DNA from: Yuukianura sp. NJ FZ-2021
Lineage: Eukaryota
DNA length: 64,000 bases
Direction: 5' to 3'
Assembly: GCA_046563655.1 (NCBI GenBank)
Contig: CM102285.1
Location: forward strand, 8,928,001 to 8,992,000
The notes under the pieces were generated by a model, which did no database searches, was not told where the DNA came from, and saw only the letters and a program-made list of their open reading frames with translations. Every line of letters begins with the position of its first letter. Positions within the stretch are counted from its first letter, which is position 1. Positions 11,838-23,281 of the stretch are shown in pieces. The position numbers and the translations under genes were made by a program.

Positions 11838-14800
11838 TCATGTTCCAAGAATTTCAAATTCACTGCGCAAATCCTTAGCTTCGGGTCCAAGTTTATCACA
11901 GAGTGCGAGTGCCTCTTCGCTCAGGCCATAGTCAAAGAGCAGTCGTGCAAAGTCCAGGCGAATGGCCGTCTTCACATGGTCACTCAAGTTGGCCAAACTG
12001 AGTCCCGTTTTCTCAATGAACAGGAGCAGCAGGTAGCAGAGATGTCGCTTTCTTCCTCCAAACAGGACTTCAATTGCACGATCGTACTTCCCAATGTAGG
12101 CGTAGACGCTGGCTGACTTGAGGACTTGTCGCTGACTGTTGAGGTAATGGGCGTATTTGGACAAACATTCATTGGCTTGTTTGGTGTTCAAAGAACTTTT
12201 GCAAAGGAGGATGGCTTTGGACCACTCATTAGCCGATTCGACGTACTTCACTGCCTCCGAGTGCTTGGACAATAGACATAAAAGTTCAAGTCCAGAATCA
12301 GTTTCTCCGGAAGCGATTAGATTTGTAGCCACGATCTTAAGAACGGCTTTCGTTGATTCTGGAAGCGATGCGGCTCCTACACTCAACGCTGCTTTCATGC
12401 CATTGGAGACGTATGCGGAAGCATCAGACGGCTCTGTATCCAACAAAATCTCCGCAGATTTCTCCAATTCTCCTAAAAAGTTTGGGAAAACAGTCGTGTA
12501 GAAATGTCATGCAACTCAGGTAAATGTTGAAATTATGTATGGTAATGACGCTTACCCGCCCAAAGGAGGACTCTGGCAACCTCTTGTCGCTTGGACAAGT
12601 CCGAGAACCATACACATTGAGCCAGTTTGACCATCACTTCCTTGTAGAATTTCTCATCAGAAAATGCATTCAGCTCAGAATAGGCTTCAACTGACTTTTG
12701 TTTCTCCTTCGAGTCCGAATGAGCGACGATGGACCAGAAGTCGGATTCGTCGAACAAATGAAGTTCCTGGAACAGAGAGCGGAGTTGCATATGCGTTGGC
12801 GAAGCGGAGTGGAAGACTTGATGCAGTTGCTGAACAACTTTTCGCGGAGGAATGAAGTATCCAAGGTCAGTCAGAAACTGAGAACTTGTTGGAAGCTGGG
12901 CATCGTCATTGACCGCCAGAAAGTTGATTCCACCAGAACCTCCTCTGGAAATAACCGCCAAGCTTCCGTTCATCCAACAAAAGTCGCTCACACGCGGATG
13001 TTTAGGACCGGCCAAAACCTTCAACCGTTTGATCTAAACAAATACAAAAAGAGGCTCGTACGATGTCATCTTGTATAAACTGGAGTGGTCTGTGCTTATT
13101 TTTAAATGTTAGTCTTACTTCACTGAGATGCCACAGCTCGAGAGTATCACTGAATTGTGCCACGACATAGTTGGAGTAATCTCCAGTTCCACTTTCCAGT
13201 CTGAGCAGAGGACCTCTGCCAAGCGGAACTCCCGGAGAACAAGTTTTCTTCTCCGTATCGAAGATAACCAGTGTCCCACTGGAATCGGCGCGAAAAACAA
13301 GTTTTCCTCGAGCGATAAGGCTCACTGGAACTCCGCCCAGGTTACCGGCAGTTTCCAATTTGACGCAAGTGGCGCTTGAAAAACGATGGCCTTCCACTCG
13401 GAACGTGAACAAAAATGTGCCCAAATCAGTCATGTAGAACACTTCTTCCCTAAAAATTTGAAAATGCATTATGAAAAATCAATTTCTAGTTTATCAAAGT
13501 TTATCGTCAACTCACTTGGCACCTTCCACTGGATCCTTCCAAATGGCACAGTTTATTGCTGGTAATTTGTTTGGTAGTGGTTTAACAATTTGCCTTCGTT
13601 CAAGGTCCCACAGTTCAGCAGGGCCCATTCCATTCTGCGAGTCAAAACGAATTACTTAAATTAAATGACACTGTCAAGATCACCAAGCGAATCATTGAAT
13701 CAAGATTACCTTATACACCAGTATCATACACTGGGCTGACGGCGAAATACTCAGAAGAGCAATATGATGTGGATCGTCCTGTTTCAGAACCCGAGTTCCA
13801 CCCGTGTCAAGTTCGGTAATGACCATTTCACATTTTGGATTTGCAGAGAAGCTTAAGTTGGCGTAGGAAATAATTTCTGTTTCTGAAATGAATTCAATCC
13901 CAGAAACAGCCGAGTTGGAATGAACAGAAAATCTCTTCTTGACAACACATCTCTTCTGGTTCCACGTTGAAGACATCTCCACTTTAATCACCAAAATGAA
14001 TCCAGTTGAGGTTCCAGCGACAAGCAACTCCGAATTTGGAAAGGATTTGAGACATGTCAAACTCCCAACAGCAACTGTTGCCTGCTTTAACTTTATCTTC
14101 ACTCCGTCTACCTCTGGAACCAAAACTGTCTTGAGTACTTTGTCCAAAGGCGCCAATTCTTCCCTTAACTTAGCTGATGACTTGCGACGAGCTTCTGGCG
14201 GAGTCAACGACCGCCTCGTAACTGACAAAGTGTCCTTGTCATCCAGATCATGACTGCCTGATGTCACAAATGGGGTCATAGGGGTCACTGGATGTTTGAT
14301 CCGAAAGTCAGGTTGAGAGTCCGCAGCGCCAGTTCTCAAAATCCAGTATTTTAGGAACCTTCCGTCACTCAGATGCAGAATGACTTCGTTTTCTGTATTT
14401 TTGTACCGCTTGAACATGGCTCCCAGAACTTCTGACTTCTTAGCAGATAGACGTGGCGGATCAGATGTCGCAACAGTTTCAAGTGTTAAATTCTGCGCAT
14501 GTGTACCAGAGATAAGGTACTTCCTCAGACAAACGGCTCCGTTCTCATGAACAGTAATCAGTCCTGGCCTTGAGTGGAGTCCAATTACTTGAACAAAGTT
14601 ACTAGCTGATCGATCCAGAGAAAACGTATTGATAATGACGTTAAATTGGGTGTTGATGATGTAAATTTCACGTGACGTGGAAACAACCAAATGGTAGCTC
14701 AAATTTTTATGAAACTGGATGCTGTTAAGTATTCCGGTGTTTGCGGAACCTCCACTGGTCAGTGAACCTGACGAGTAGTCCCCAACGATCATTTCTGATA

Positions 14801-15816
14801 CGAGTTTTCTTATTCCGGTTCTCTTGACTGTTGATTGTGAATCTGGTGTGACAGAGAGTCCTGAAATTAACAATGAATCAAAAGTTACTGGGGAACAAGA
14901 TATAAGAGACGTCAAAACTTGAACAAAGTACGTGGAGATGAAGACTTTGGGTTGTAGACGACTGACTTCAGGGAGGTGATTCTCTCTTGCTTCATTTTGA
15001 GTGGATCCCAATTGGGTTTAATATAAACACAGTGGTCGCCCAAAAATGCAATTGAACTCGAGGTGGACGACGACGGTTCACAGTCGAAATCAAAAACGGG
15101 TAGTTCGGTGCTTGAGGAGCCAGGAACAGTTTCGATAAAAATGTTCTGATACGCTTGTGTGACAATGTCAACCACAACAAAGTTGCAAAGGGAGTAAAGT
15201 AAGAAGAGCTTTGACTTCTGCCAAACGTCTGCTCCATTGGACCACTTCAGGCTTTGGAGAGTTCTGAAATCGGGATGAACGAAACGAGAAACCAGCGAAC
15301 ATTTCTCGATGTCCCACATCAGAAGGTTATCTGTTGTGTCGACTGAAACCAAGTCTATGGGCTGCTTGTCGGATTTTTCGGAGAGACATGACCGAGCATG
15401 TGGATTCCATGATACCTAATTAATTTAATAGTAATTTACAGATTGCTTTAATGTCCTTGTACTGCAAAATTCATCAAGTCCAGCGCAAGTTTTTTTCACT
15501 GCTTACTCGATTTACGAACGATTTATGTTCCGATGGCAAAAACAAGAAGGGCACGAGCTCTGACACATTCAGAAGAACAACGTCAGTTCCGCTTCCATAA
15601 ACTGCCAGTCCGTTGCGATTCCTGCAATGAAAAACATTCAATGACATTTACATTCCCGAGTTATCCAGTAACTTGAGTTACTTTGTTTAGACTGACTAAC
15701 CAATCCAAAGCACCGCGGTTTTTTACAGAAGGTAATCCGGGTATTCCGATCGGGAGGTAATTCGGGGGTAGGTCCGTTTTTTCTTTATCTCCAGGATCAT
15801 CAACTACCAAAGTCAT
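11838..15816 (-). CDS. WDR11: WD repeat-containing protein 11, multi-exon
   Basis: ATG at 15816 gives MTLVVDDP...GIPGLPSVKNRGALDW, resembling the WDR11 N-terminus. Internal beta-propeller exons include KKRFSVHSNSAVSGIEF and GPAELWDL. The C-terminal helical exon VATNLIASGETDSGLELLCLLSKHSEAVKYVESANEWSKA matches the WDR11 tail. Stop at 11838. About 8 exons with GT-AG introns. Confidence 0.85.
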
Positions 15817-17317
15817 GTCGCCGGCCGCTTCAAAAGGATAAGATCAAACTATAAGACATAAAAGGTAAAACGTTGACAAATTATGTGGTAATTTCTCCCG
15901 CAAAAGTTATAACAACTTACCCTTCTGCAGTGACGAAACAATTAAGTTGTAAAATCGTTAACCAAGAAATAAGTCCTAAAATCAAACAATTTCTTTTCAA
16001 ATTCTCAGACTCACTAAAAACATCAAACAAAACCAGCTGGTTCTAGGGCATACTAATCCTCTGATTCGGCTGGTTCGGCAGATGCGTTCATCTCATTGTC
16101 CAGAATTGGAATTAGAACTTTATGCAAAATTCATAAACTCTTTATTACATAACTACAGGATACAGGATATACACTAATTACAATTACATGGAAGCGTAGT
16201 AATTAATTACTGATAGCACTTTTCATTCAACTGTAACATCATGTTATTCCCAAGACTTGAAATGAATGAATAAATTCTGGGGAAAGTTTTTTTTTCATCC
16301 TGCGCATTTTGAGTCAAAATTTGCAAAAGAAAAAGTAAACCAATTTCCTGGGTGCTTGATGCAAATTGCAAAAGGCACATCGAAGCCTAGAGTAAGATTA
16401 AAAGCTGAATTAGGCTAACAACTAATCTTAAGTTAAACTAAAAATTAGATCTACAAGTTAATTTGACCTTATCTAGTATGCTACTTTTACTCAACTCTTG
16501 GTAAAGTTTTGATGGCTCAATTTGTTTAAATTCTTTCCGCATTACTAAATATCCTTTGAACTGGATTTCAGTTAAAATTCTTTTTAACTGAAGATTGAAG
16601 AGGTTAGATTTTAAGCATCAGATCAAATAAACGAAATGATACTTAATTAGTACAACTTGAATTTTTTTATTACAATAAAATACAATTTAGCATGACTAGA
16701 TCTTCCCGGACCTGGGTTCCTGTGCGCTTTTAAATGCTAAATATTTACTAGAATATCGGAAGAGCGGATTTGACCCTACATTTTTACCCTAATCGAAGCA
16801 CTCCAGAAAGTATTTCAGAAAATTCTTTGGTTTGCGAAAATTAAGACGCTGGCGCCAAGATGCTATTGTAGACTAGACTTTAGTTTTTAAAATGACTGCT
16901 TCAGGTTGTAATTTAACTGCGCCGTTAGTTATGAGCATTACGTCATCCGGGGACGCTATTAAATTTCGGTCATGAATTTCATTGAAAAGGAATTTGTCAA
17001 AGTAGTCTCAATTCAGGACCCTTGTACTCTCTCCGGCATAAATTATTGTTTCAACTGTAAACTAATGCTTATAGTAAGTAAGAAACACGAAAAATGATGG
17101 CGAAGCATAATACTTGGTCCATTACGAACAGCATCTTCTGACTCATAACGTTAGTCAAAGGTTTAGAGCAATGGTTTGGAAAAATCAGTCCAGTCGAAGT
17201 CAAAAATTGAAGTTGGGAGGTGATCTTAGCAATAAATTAATTTCAATTTCGCCTTGAGTGCCAAATTGTCAGCGTTTAAACCTCCAAAAAACGAAAACAA
17301 AAAACTGACAGGTCATC

Positions 17318-19309
17318 ATGGAACTGTTTTCAACAACAATTTTGAGGAAGAGGGGAGCAGTGGATTTTAATGGCCGTTCTTGGGCTCGGTTCGTTTTTGA
17401 AGCTATACTATTCTTGTTGATGTCGATTCTGCTGGGAACTTGCATTTTCATTCTTGTGTGGTAAGTTTTAGTTTATGACATTCTGGAATTTCTTGCAAGC
17501 ATTTGGAAACATTAATTGGATGATGCGAATTTCTATTTCTCGTTGACAGCTCGCCTATGACACAAGGGTTTTTCCAGTCTTCAAATCCTGATTCAGATTC
17601 GCGTCCTCAAAGAAATGCTTTTCCGTCAAGCGAAGACGAAGCGTTATTAAATGATGATGATGAAGATTGTCAATTCACAGATGAAATTTTATCAATGGCC
17701 AAAGGCGTTGACATAACAAAGTTAGATCTGTTTCCAGTGTCGCTCAAGGGCATAGAAGGCAACCCGGGCATCATGTCGCAACTTATCAAATTAACCTGCG
17801 TGAGAAAGTTTACTAAATTCGACTCCGATGGAACCCTGATTTCCAGAATTCCGGACCAATTTATGCCAAATTCCTATGAAACAACTTCAGGTAATGCTAA
17901 AATCGTAAGTCTTGGATTCAATTTTTTTGATTTGGTGCTCTGAATCTTTCGTAGCGTTTGGAGCCATGGTTGACGAAGAAGTCAGAACTGAACGCAGCAC
18001 AAGAGATTCCAAGATGTCGCTAGCCTTAACCGTGGGAATCGATTTGCTCAAGTTAGGCATGTTTTCGGCCAGTGTAAGCTATCAAAGGAAACGTCAAAAA
18101 ATGATCACTGGAGAAAGCTATATTTATGAAATGAACATCTTTTATATCGTCCGGAACGCTGAATTTCGTTCACCGAAGTCTCGTTCTCTGGCGCTCGAAG
18201 GAAACGAAGATTTCCAAAGTACCATTGAAAATTTGGCTCCAACTTTTGAAGAGGACCCTGCATCTTATTTTGACGTGATCGTGAAATATGGAACACACTA
18301 CTTTGCTATCGCCCGGTTCGGTGGATTCGTCAAGGTGTCAACTGAAGTGACGAAGCGTCTCAGGTCAACTATGTCAGAAGATGAAATTCAAGCTAGGCTG
18401 AAGGCTTCTTACAAAATGTTTCTGAAGGGGTCATTGGATTTTGATGTTTTCGAAAATGCTACGGCGAAACAGTTCATGGGATTGACCACTTCGTCTAAGT
18501 ATAGTCACGGAGGAGATCCAAGGTTGGCGTTCAATGGAGACTTTAGTCAGTGGATCGGTTCAGTTCCCAAAAAACCTCGTCTCATTGGTGGAAAATTGGT
18601 TCCCATCACCGGTTTAGTCAAAAATGGAACGAAGGCCGCAGCACTTCAACGTGCAATTGATGCTTACCTGGGAATAGCCTACGTTCAAGATTTGATCGCT
18701 TGTCTCAAAATCTTCCACCAGAAACGCATTGGAGATTCATTTCACCAAAGAAGGCTACTGCATTCGTTAAAAGGCCTCACCCTTGAAGAACTCCAAAATG
18801 AAGAACGACTCAGTGACCTCGGTAGGCAAGTCACCCAGTCACTCCACCAAATGAATGAATTTGGACATGCTACAGTAACTGTTTTTCGGGGTGGCCCAAT
18901 AGCTCAGGACAATTCAACTGGACCACAATGTTCTTGGATTGAACTTGCCACATTTGCTGATTTTGGAAACAAAACGCACCAAAAATACGTCCATCTTCAG
19001 GACTTCAAAACTACTGCCGTAGCTGGTATTAATCCAGAGTGGAATGAAAAATTTGAACTGTCTTTTGATTTCAAAGCATCGGTACAATTTTGTAAGCGTT
19101 CCAAACCCTGCAGCAGCATCGATGTTGAGCCTGCAACCTCAAACGGAGGTTTCCAGTGTGAGAATTTGCCAATTTTTGATGCACCGAATCGACATCCGGG
19201 AATTGAGAATAGGCTTAACCTCGGAGACTTCAACCTTACTTACAATATTTACTGGGAACCACAGGAACCACTGATGACTAGTTCTGACCAACTCCAGCAA
19301 CCAGTTTAG
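17318..19309 (+). CDS. MACPF-domain (perforin-like) protein with N-terminal hydrophobic anchor and C-terminal C2-like domain
   Basis: Exons 17318-17460, 17550-17890 and 17955-19309 splice in frame. The MACPF signature YGTHYFAIARFGG starts at ~18287 and the MACPF end motif is WIGSVPKKPRLIGGKLVPITGLV...LQRAIDAYL. The C2-like motif is FKTTAVAGINPEWNEKFELSF. Exon 1 encodes FVFEAILFLLMSILLGTCIFILVC. Confidence 0.85.
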
Positions 19310-19545
19310 CTTGACTTTTTTTTAAAGCGAATTTTAAAAATATATTTCCAAATACTAACTTCAGAAAGATCTGAATTCAGAAATATGCAAGCTCCATCGT
19401 TGCAAAGTCACTAGTACGTTGGACAATAAGTGTTTACATATTTTCTCAATTTGTGTTATAAGAGGTTTATTTCATTCTACTTGTATATAATTATAATACC
19501 ACCATTATGTCAGATTCCGTATCTCAAATTCATGAATGTCTTAAG

Positions 19546-20206
19546 TTAGTAATATCCACCTCCCACCGATCGTGGTGGTTCAATAATGTTTCCTGGGCGT
19601 CCGGGCACATATCCATTTGGTGGAATTGTCCAAATCTGTTCACCTCCAGAATTTCCATGCTGAAATCTTGGTGGTTGGATGATATTCCCGGATCCTCCAG
19701 CATCCGGTCGTCTTGGTGGTTGAATGATTGGTCGTTGCACTGGAACCCCGTTTGGTGGTGGAACCCATACCTGCTCACCGTCTGGATTTTCGTAGTCATA
19801 TCGTGGCGGTCTGGAATCCACAGCGCCTGGTCGACGCGGTGGTTCAATAATATTGCCGCCACCTCCTCCGTACGCACGCCTTGGTGGTTCTATAATTCGT
19901 CCATCTACTGGGCGACCATTAGGAGGCGGAACCCAAGCATTTCCATTCCCTCGACCTCCAGCATACCTTGGGGGTTCGATGATGTTTCCAGGGTTCTGAC
20001 CGTAGTTCACATCCGAGTATTGTGGACTTCGCTTCTCACTGGGGAATGCATTTGCGAACAAAATGGCAGAGAAGACGAAAGTAAAAAACAGCAATGTCTA
20101 AATCAAAAACAAAAATTTTTTTTTAAATAAATTCAAGGTGTATGGGATATTTAGAACAGAGCAACAAGAGTGTGAATTAGCTGAATCAAGTTACCTTGCT
20201 AGCCAT
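19546..20206 (-). CDS. Secreted Pro/Gly/Arg-rich repeat precursor, ~187 aa, unknown family
   Basis: Exon 1 at 20195-20206 (MASK), a GT-AG intron, then exon 2 at 19546-20097. The signal peptide TLLFFTFVFSAILFANA is followed by FPSEKR, six II(E/Q)PPR repeats and three Wx(P/I)PPNG repeats. Confidence 0.85.
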
Positions 20207-20255
20207 TGTGAGGATACCGCTAACGTTTTCAGCGTCCCTTACAACAGAGCTGATA

Positions 20256-20292
20256 GAATGACAAGGAGAAGGAAGAAAGCTGGCTATTTGTA
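20256..20292 (-). promoter_or_regulatory. Core promoter of the Pro-rich gene (TATA-like plus Inr)
   Basis: On the minus strand, TACAAATA (20285-20292) lies ~33 nt upstream of the Inr-like TCATTC (20256-20261), which is ~50 nt before the ATG. Confidence 0.5.
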
Positions 20293-20729
20293 CCAACAAA
20301 ATTGGCGTCAATTTTGCAAACCCGTAAATCATACACCCAGATACAGAATTCACTAAAAAACGCAGAATCTCTTCTGCGTTGCATGTTCCAAGAATTTGCT
20401 ATCTCCGACATGAATCTAGCAAAGAGTGCAAAAAAGCCCGAAGCGGCAGACCAAAGGTTTACGTAAACGTAACAAGTTCCAAATTTCTCGAGAAGCCCAA
20501 TTATTTTTGTTTTTGCTGAAAATTCGTGAGAATGTTATACAATCAGATTTTTCAAGGTCGAGCTGATTGAGTTGCTTTGAAGAGTGACGTCGGTAAATTA
20601 CTCCAGCATATTGTTGTGTTTTCAACAGAAGAAATGAGAGTTGTGTTAAGAAAAAAGGTTGCCACAACAATGAGTCAACCTAATGCTCTCCATAACAAAC
20701 AATACTTAAAAACAATCATCATCATTATT

Positions 20730-20740
20730 GGGGATTCCTT
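20730..20740 (+). promoter_or_regulatory. kappaB-like (Rel/NF-kB) site
   Basis: GGGGATTCCTT fits the insect immune kappaB consensus GGGRAYYYYY. It is a single copy between the divergent Pro-rich and Cys-rich genes. Confidence 0.35.
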
Positions 20741-20877
20741 CACTTCCAATGTAAAGCTTTCGCGTCAATTTAAAGATTCACGCCGATTTTGGACGACACG
20801 CACTGTCTGTCTGACTTGATTCATTCAAAGACTTTTCGTATTTATCTTCATTTGGAGCTTCCCAATTTTGAACAAGA

Positions 20878-21444
20878 ATGTGTGACTTTCGTACAATTAC
20901 GTTGGGCTCGGGCGTCGGCGGAGAATACTGTCCTTCCGGAACTTGTGGTTGCGCCAACAGTAAGACGGCGGAGAATCAATGCGGTATTGTCCTACGTCCT
21001 CTTCCGCCGCAAAATGAAGTCAGCGCAGCATACTACTCGTGCCTCTGCGGAAACGAATCGCCATGTGCAGCTCAATGCGTCACTGGAAAGTGTTGTGTAA
21101 GTAGCTGAACTTCGCTGGGTTTGTAAATGCTAACTGAAACGTTGACTCTGAATCTTACTTCAGCGTAAGCCTGAGCACCGTTGTCCTCCTCCACCGAAGC
21201 CCATCCGCATCACTTTTAAGTGTCCAACGTACTGCTCACAACAACCAGTTCTCATGGACCCGTGCTGCCCTCCACCAATTATTCCACCGACTTGTCCAAC
21301 TCCGCCAGCTCCAGGTTCGATTTTTAACTGGAAAATATTCATGCTGTTGCTGGTACGTTAGGTTAGAACTTATGACATTACTGTTTTCACTTAATAATAG
21401 CTTCTTGCTGTGGCTCTCAAAAATGCGGATGCCGTGGTCGCTGA
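20878..21444 (+). CDS. Small intracellular Cys/Pro-rich protein, 3 exons, ~138 aa
   Basis: Exons 20878-21096 (MCDF...QCVTGKCC), 21164-21314 (RKPEHRCPPPPKP...DPCCPPPIIPPTCPTPPAP) and 21401-21444 (ASCCGSQKCGCRGR*) join through phase-compatible GT-AG introns. No signal peptide. Confidence 0.7.
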
Positions 21445-21741
21445 AGTCATCTCGAAAAAATAACTTTCCTACTCAAACCTCAACAAATTCATCGCGTTTG
21501 GTACAATACGTTCTCTTCTACAAAATTCCAAGTAAAATCAGATTTTGAGACTTTCTCTGAAACATAAAATAAAGTAACAAAAATATTCATGCCACTTCTT
21601 ACTACGCTGTGATTTGTCCTTGGTATTTTATATTTAGACACAAAATAACTAGGATTAGAAAGCATTGTGTATTTTTTATTATTATTTTATATTATATTAT
21701 TTTACTAGTCTATTATTTTATAAATATTGAGTTCGCAGTTT

Positions 21742-22659
21742 TCAAAAGTTAGGAGTGATTTGCATTGTCATGCCGCAAGTGTACGGAGCTTGATTTTTCA
21801 GTTCTTCCAACGCAATTGTAATTGTTGTGTCACCTTCATAAGTTGATTCACTCTGGCTGATAGGCTTCACATCATCATTTAATACATCCAGTGAGCACGT
21901 CAGTTCTGGATTTCCAGACTTATCACCCTCCCCACCCGCTTCTTCTTCATCTTCTACAAAAAATTCTTACTATTAGTCGTTACTTTTAAAAATCAATGCT
22001 GTAGTTTTAACAAATCATCACGAGTCTCACCTATAGCCGCTTCGATTTCTTCAGACTGTACAGTTTCTTCTTCGTTGGTTGCTACTGGAAGGCACACGGG
22101 GACCTTGAGGTCCTTGACAGCTTTGACCTTCGCCTCATCATAAGCTTTCAATATGCAAGCTTCCCTGTGTTGGATCTGAGCCAGTTGTTCCGCTTGCTTG
22201 AGCAGCAACTCATGCGTCTCATCGTCTAACCCAAGTTCTTCAGCAGCATTGGGTTTAGGCACCATCAGTTGATGGAGCCGCTCATTCTCGCGACACAAGT
22301 GAGCGTAGTACTTGCGCAGATTAATGACTCCTGCTTGAAGAGCGTCCACTTCGTCATTTTCTGGCAGTCCAAAACCCCATTGCTGACAGAGGTAACGAAT
22401 GGGGTCATTCGGTTTGTTTTCCTCTTCGAACAAGGTTACAATTCCCCGAAGAATCGCGGCGCTTACTCCAGACTTGTCCAGGTAGCGTCGGAATCGTTCC
22501 TTTGTAGTTTGTTTTGGCGGATGCTGACTGGTTTCCTCTCCTCCAACTTCCTGTTTATGAAAATGACATTTCAGATTTGTAAATACTACCGTAGGAATCT
22601 AAAGCACAATAGCAGATCCGAGTGACATTTACCTCGTTCGAATGACTGTTCTCTTCCAT
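21742..22659 (-). CDS. MYCBP: c-Myc-binding protein (MYCBP/AMY-1/FAP174)-like with acidic C-terminal extension
   Basis: KERFRRYLDKSGVSAAILRGIVTLFEEENKPNDPIRYL matches the MYCBP motif (REQFRRYLEKSGV...LYEEPEKP). Exons are 22633-22659, 22030-22550 and ~21742-21953. Confidence 0.8.
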
Positions 22660-23281
22660 GTTTCGACTTCGCGACCACTAGGAAATTGGAAGTGACAAAA
22701 GCCTGGTTTTGCAAATCCCTTTTTCTTGCAACAAACAACGACCTTAACTGTTCATCAGAGATAAACTGACATTTTTTTTAAAAGAACTGTGATCTGCGAC
22801 AATAACCTGGCAAGTCAAGCAAACCATCAAACAAGCATACATAAACGTTTCCATTCGCAACGACAAGTATTTTCGGAGAAACATTTTTTGAAAATGCTTG
22901 TTATTGAAAATTTTGGTGCAATTCGGGGACAAAGCGGCACTCATCGGCACTGCGTATCCTCTTAAATTCTGTTCTGGAACCTCAACTTAAAATGTCGCTT
23001 AGCCCGTACAACAGAGTCATGGCTTGGATGCTGTCCTAAGTTGTTGCGAGTCGAGCGATAGCTACATGGGATAACTCTGTAAGTTGGCCGTTTGTCAAAC
23101 ACTTTGGAAAGACGCTTGGGGCTTAGCATGATTGAGTTAGAGTTTGATAAACCAAACATTAAACGCAGTGAAAATTGCATACATATTGGACTTTATATTT
23201 TTAGTTAAAAAGAAACAGCGGAAGTATAACCAAAATAAATGTACGAAAATTCATTAAAAACAAACTATTCACTCTTCATTT

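Noticed and set aside
11805..14253. Several plus-strand ORFs of 100-126 aa
   Set aside because: They are antisense to WDR11 exons and show no independent motifs.
19507..20130. 207-aa Trp/Ser-rich plus-strand ORF
   Set aside because: It is the antisense shadow of the repetitive Pro-rich gene, which has the signal peptide, splice sites and promoter.
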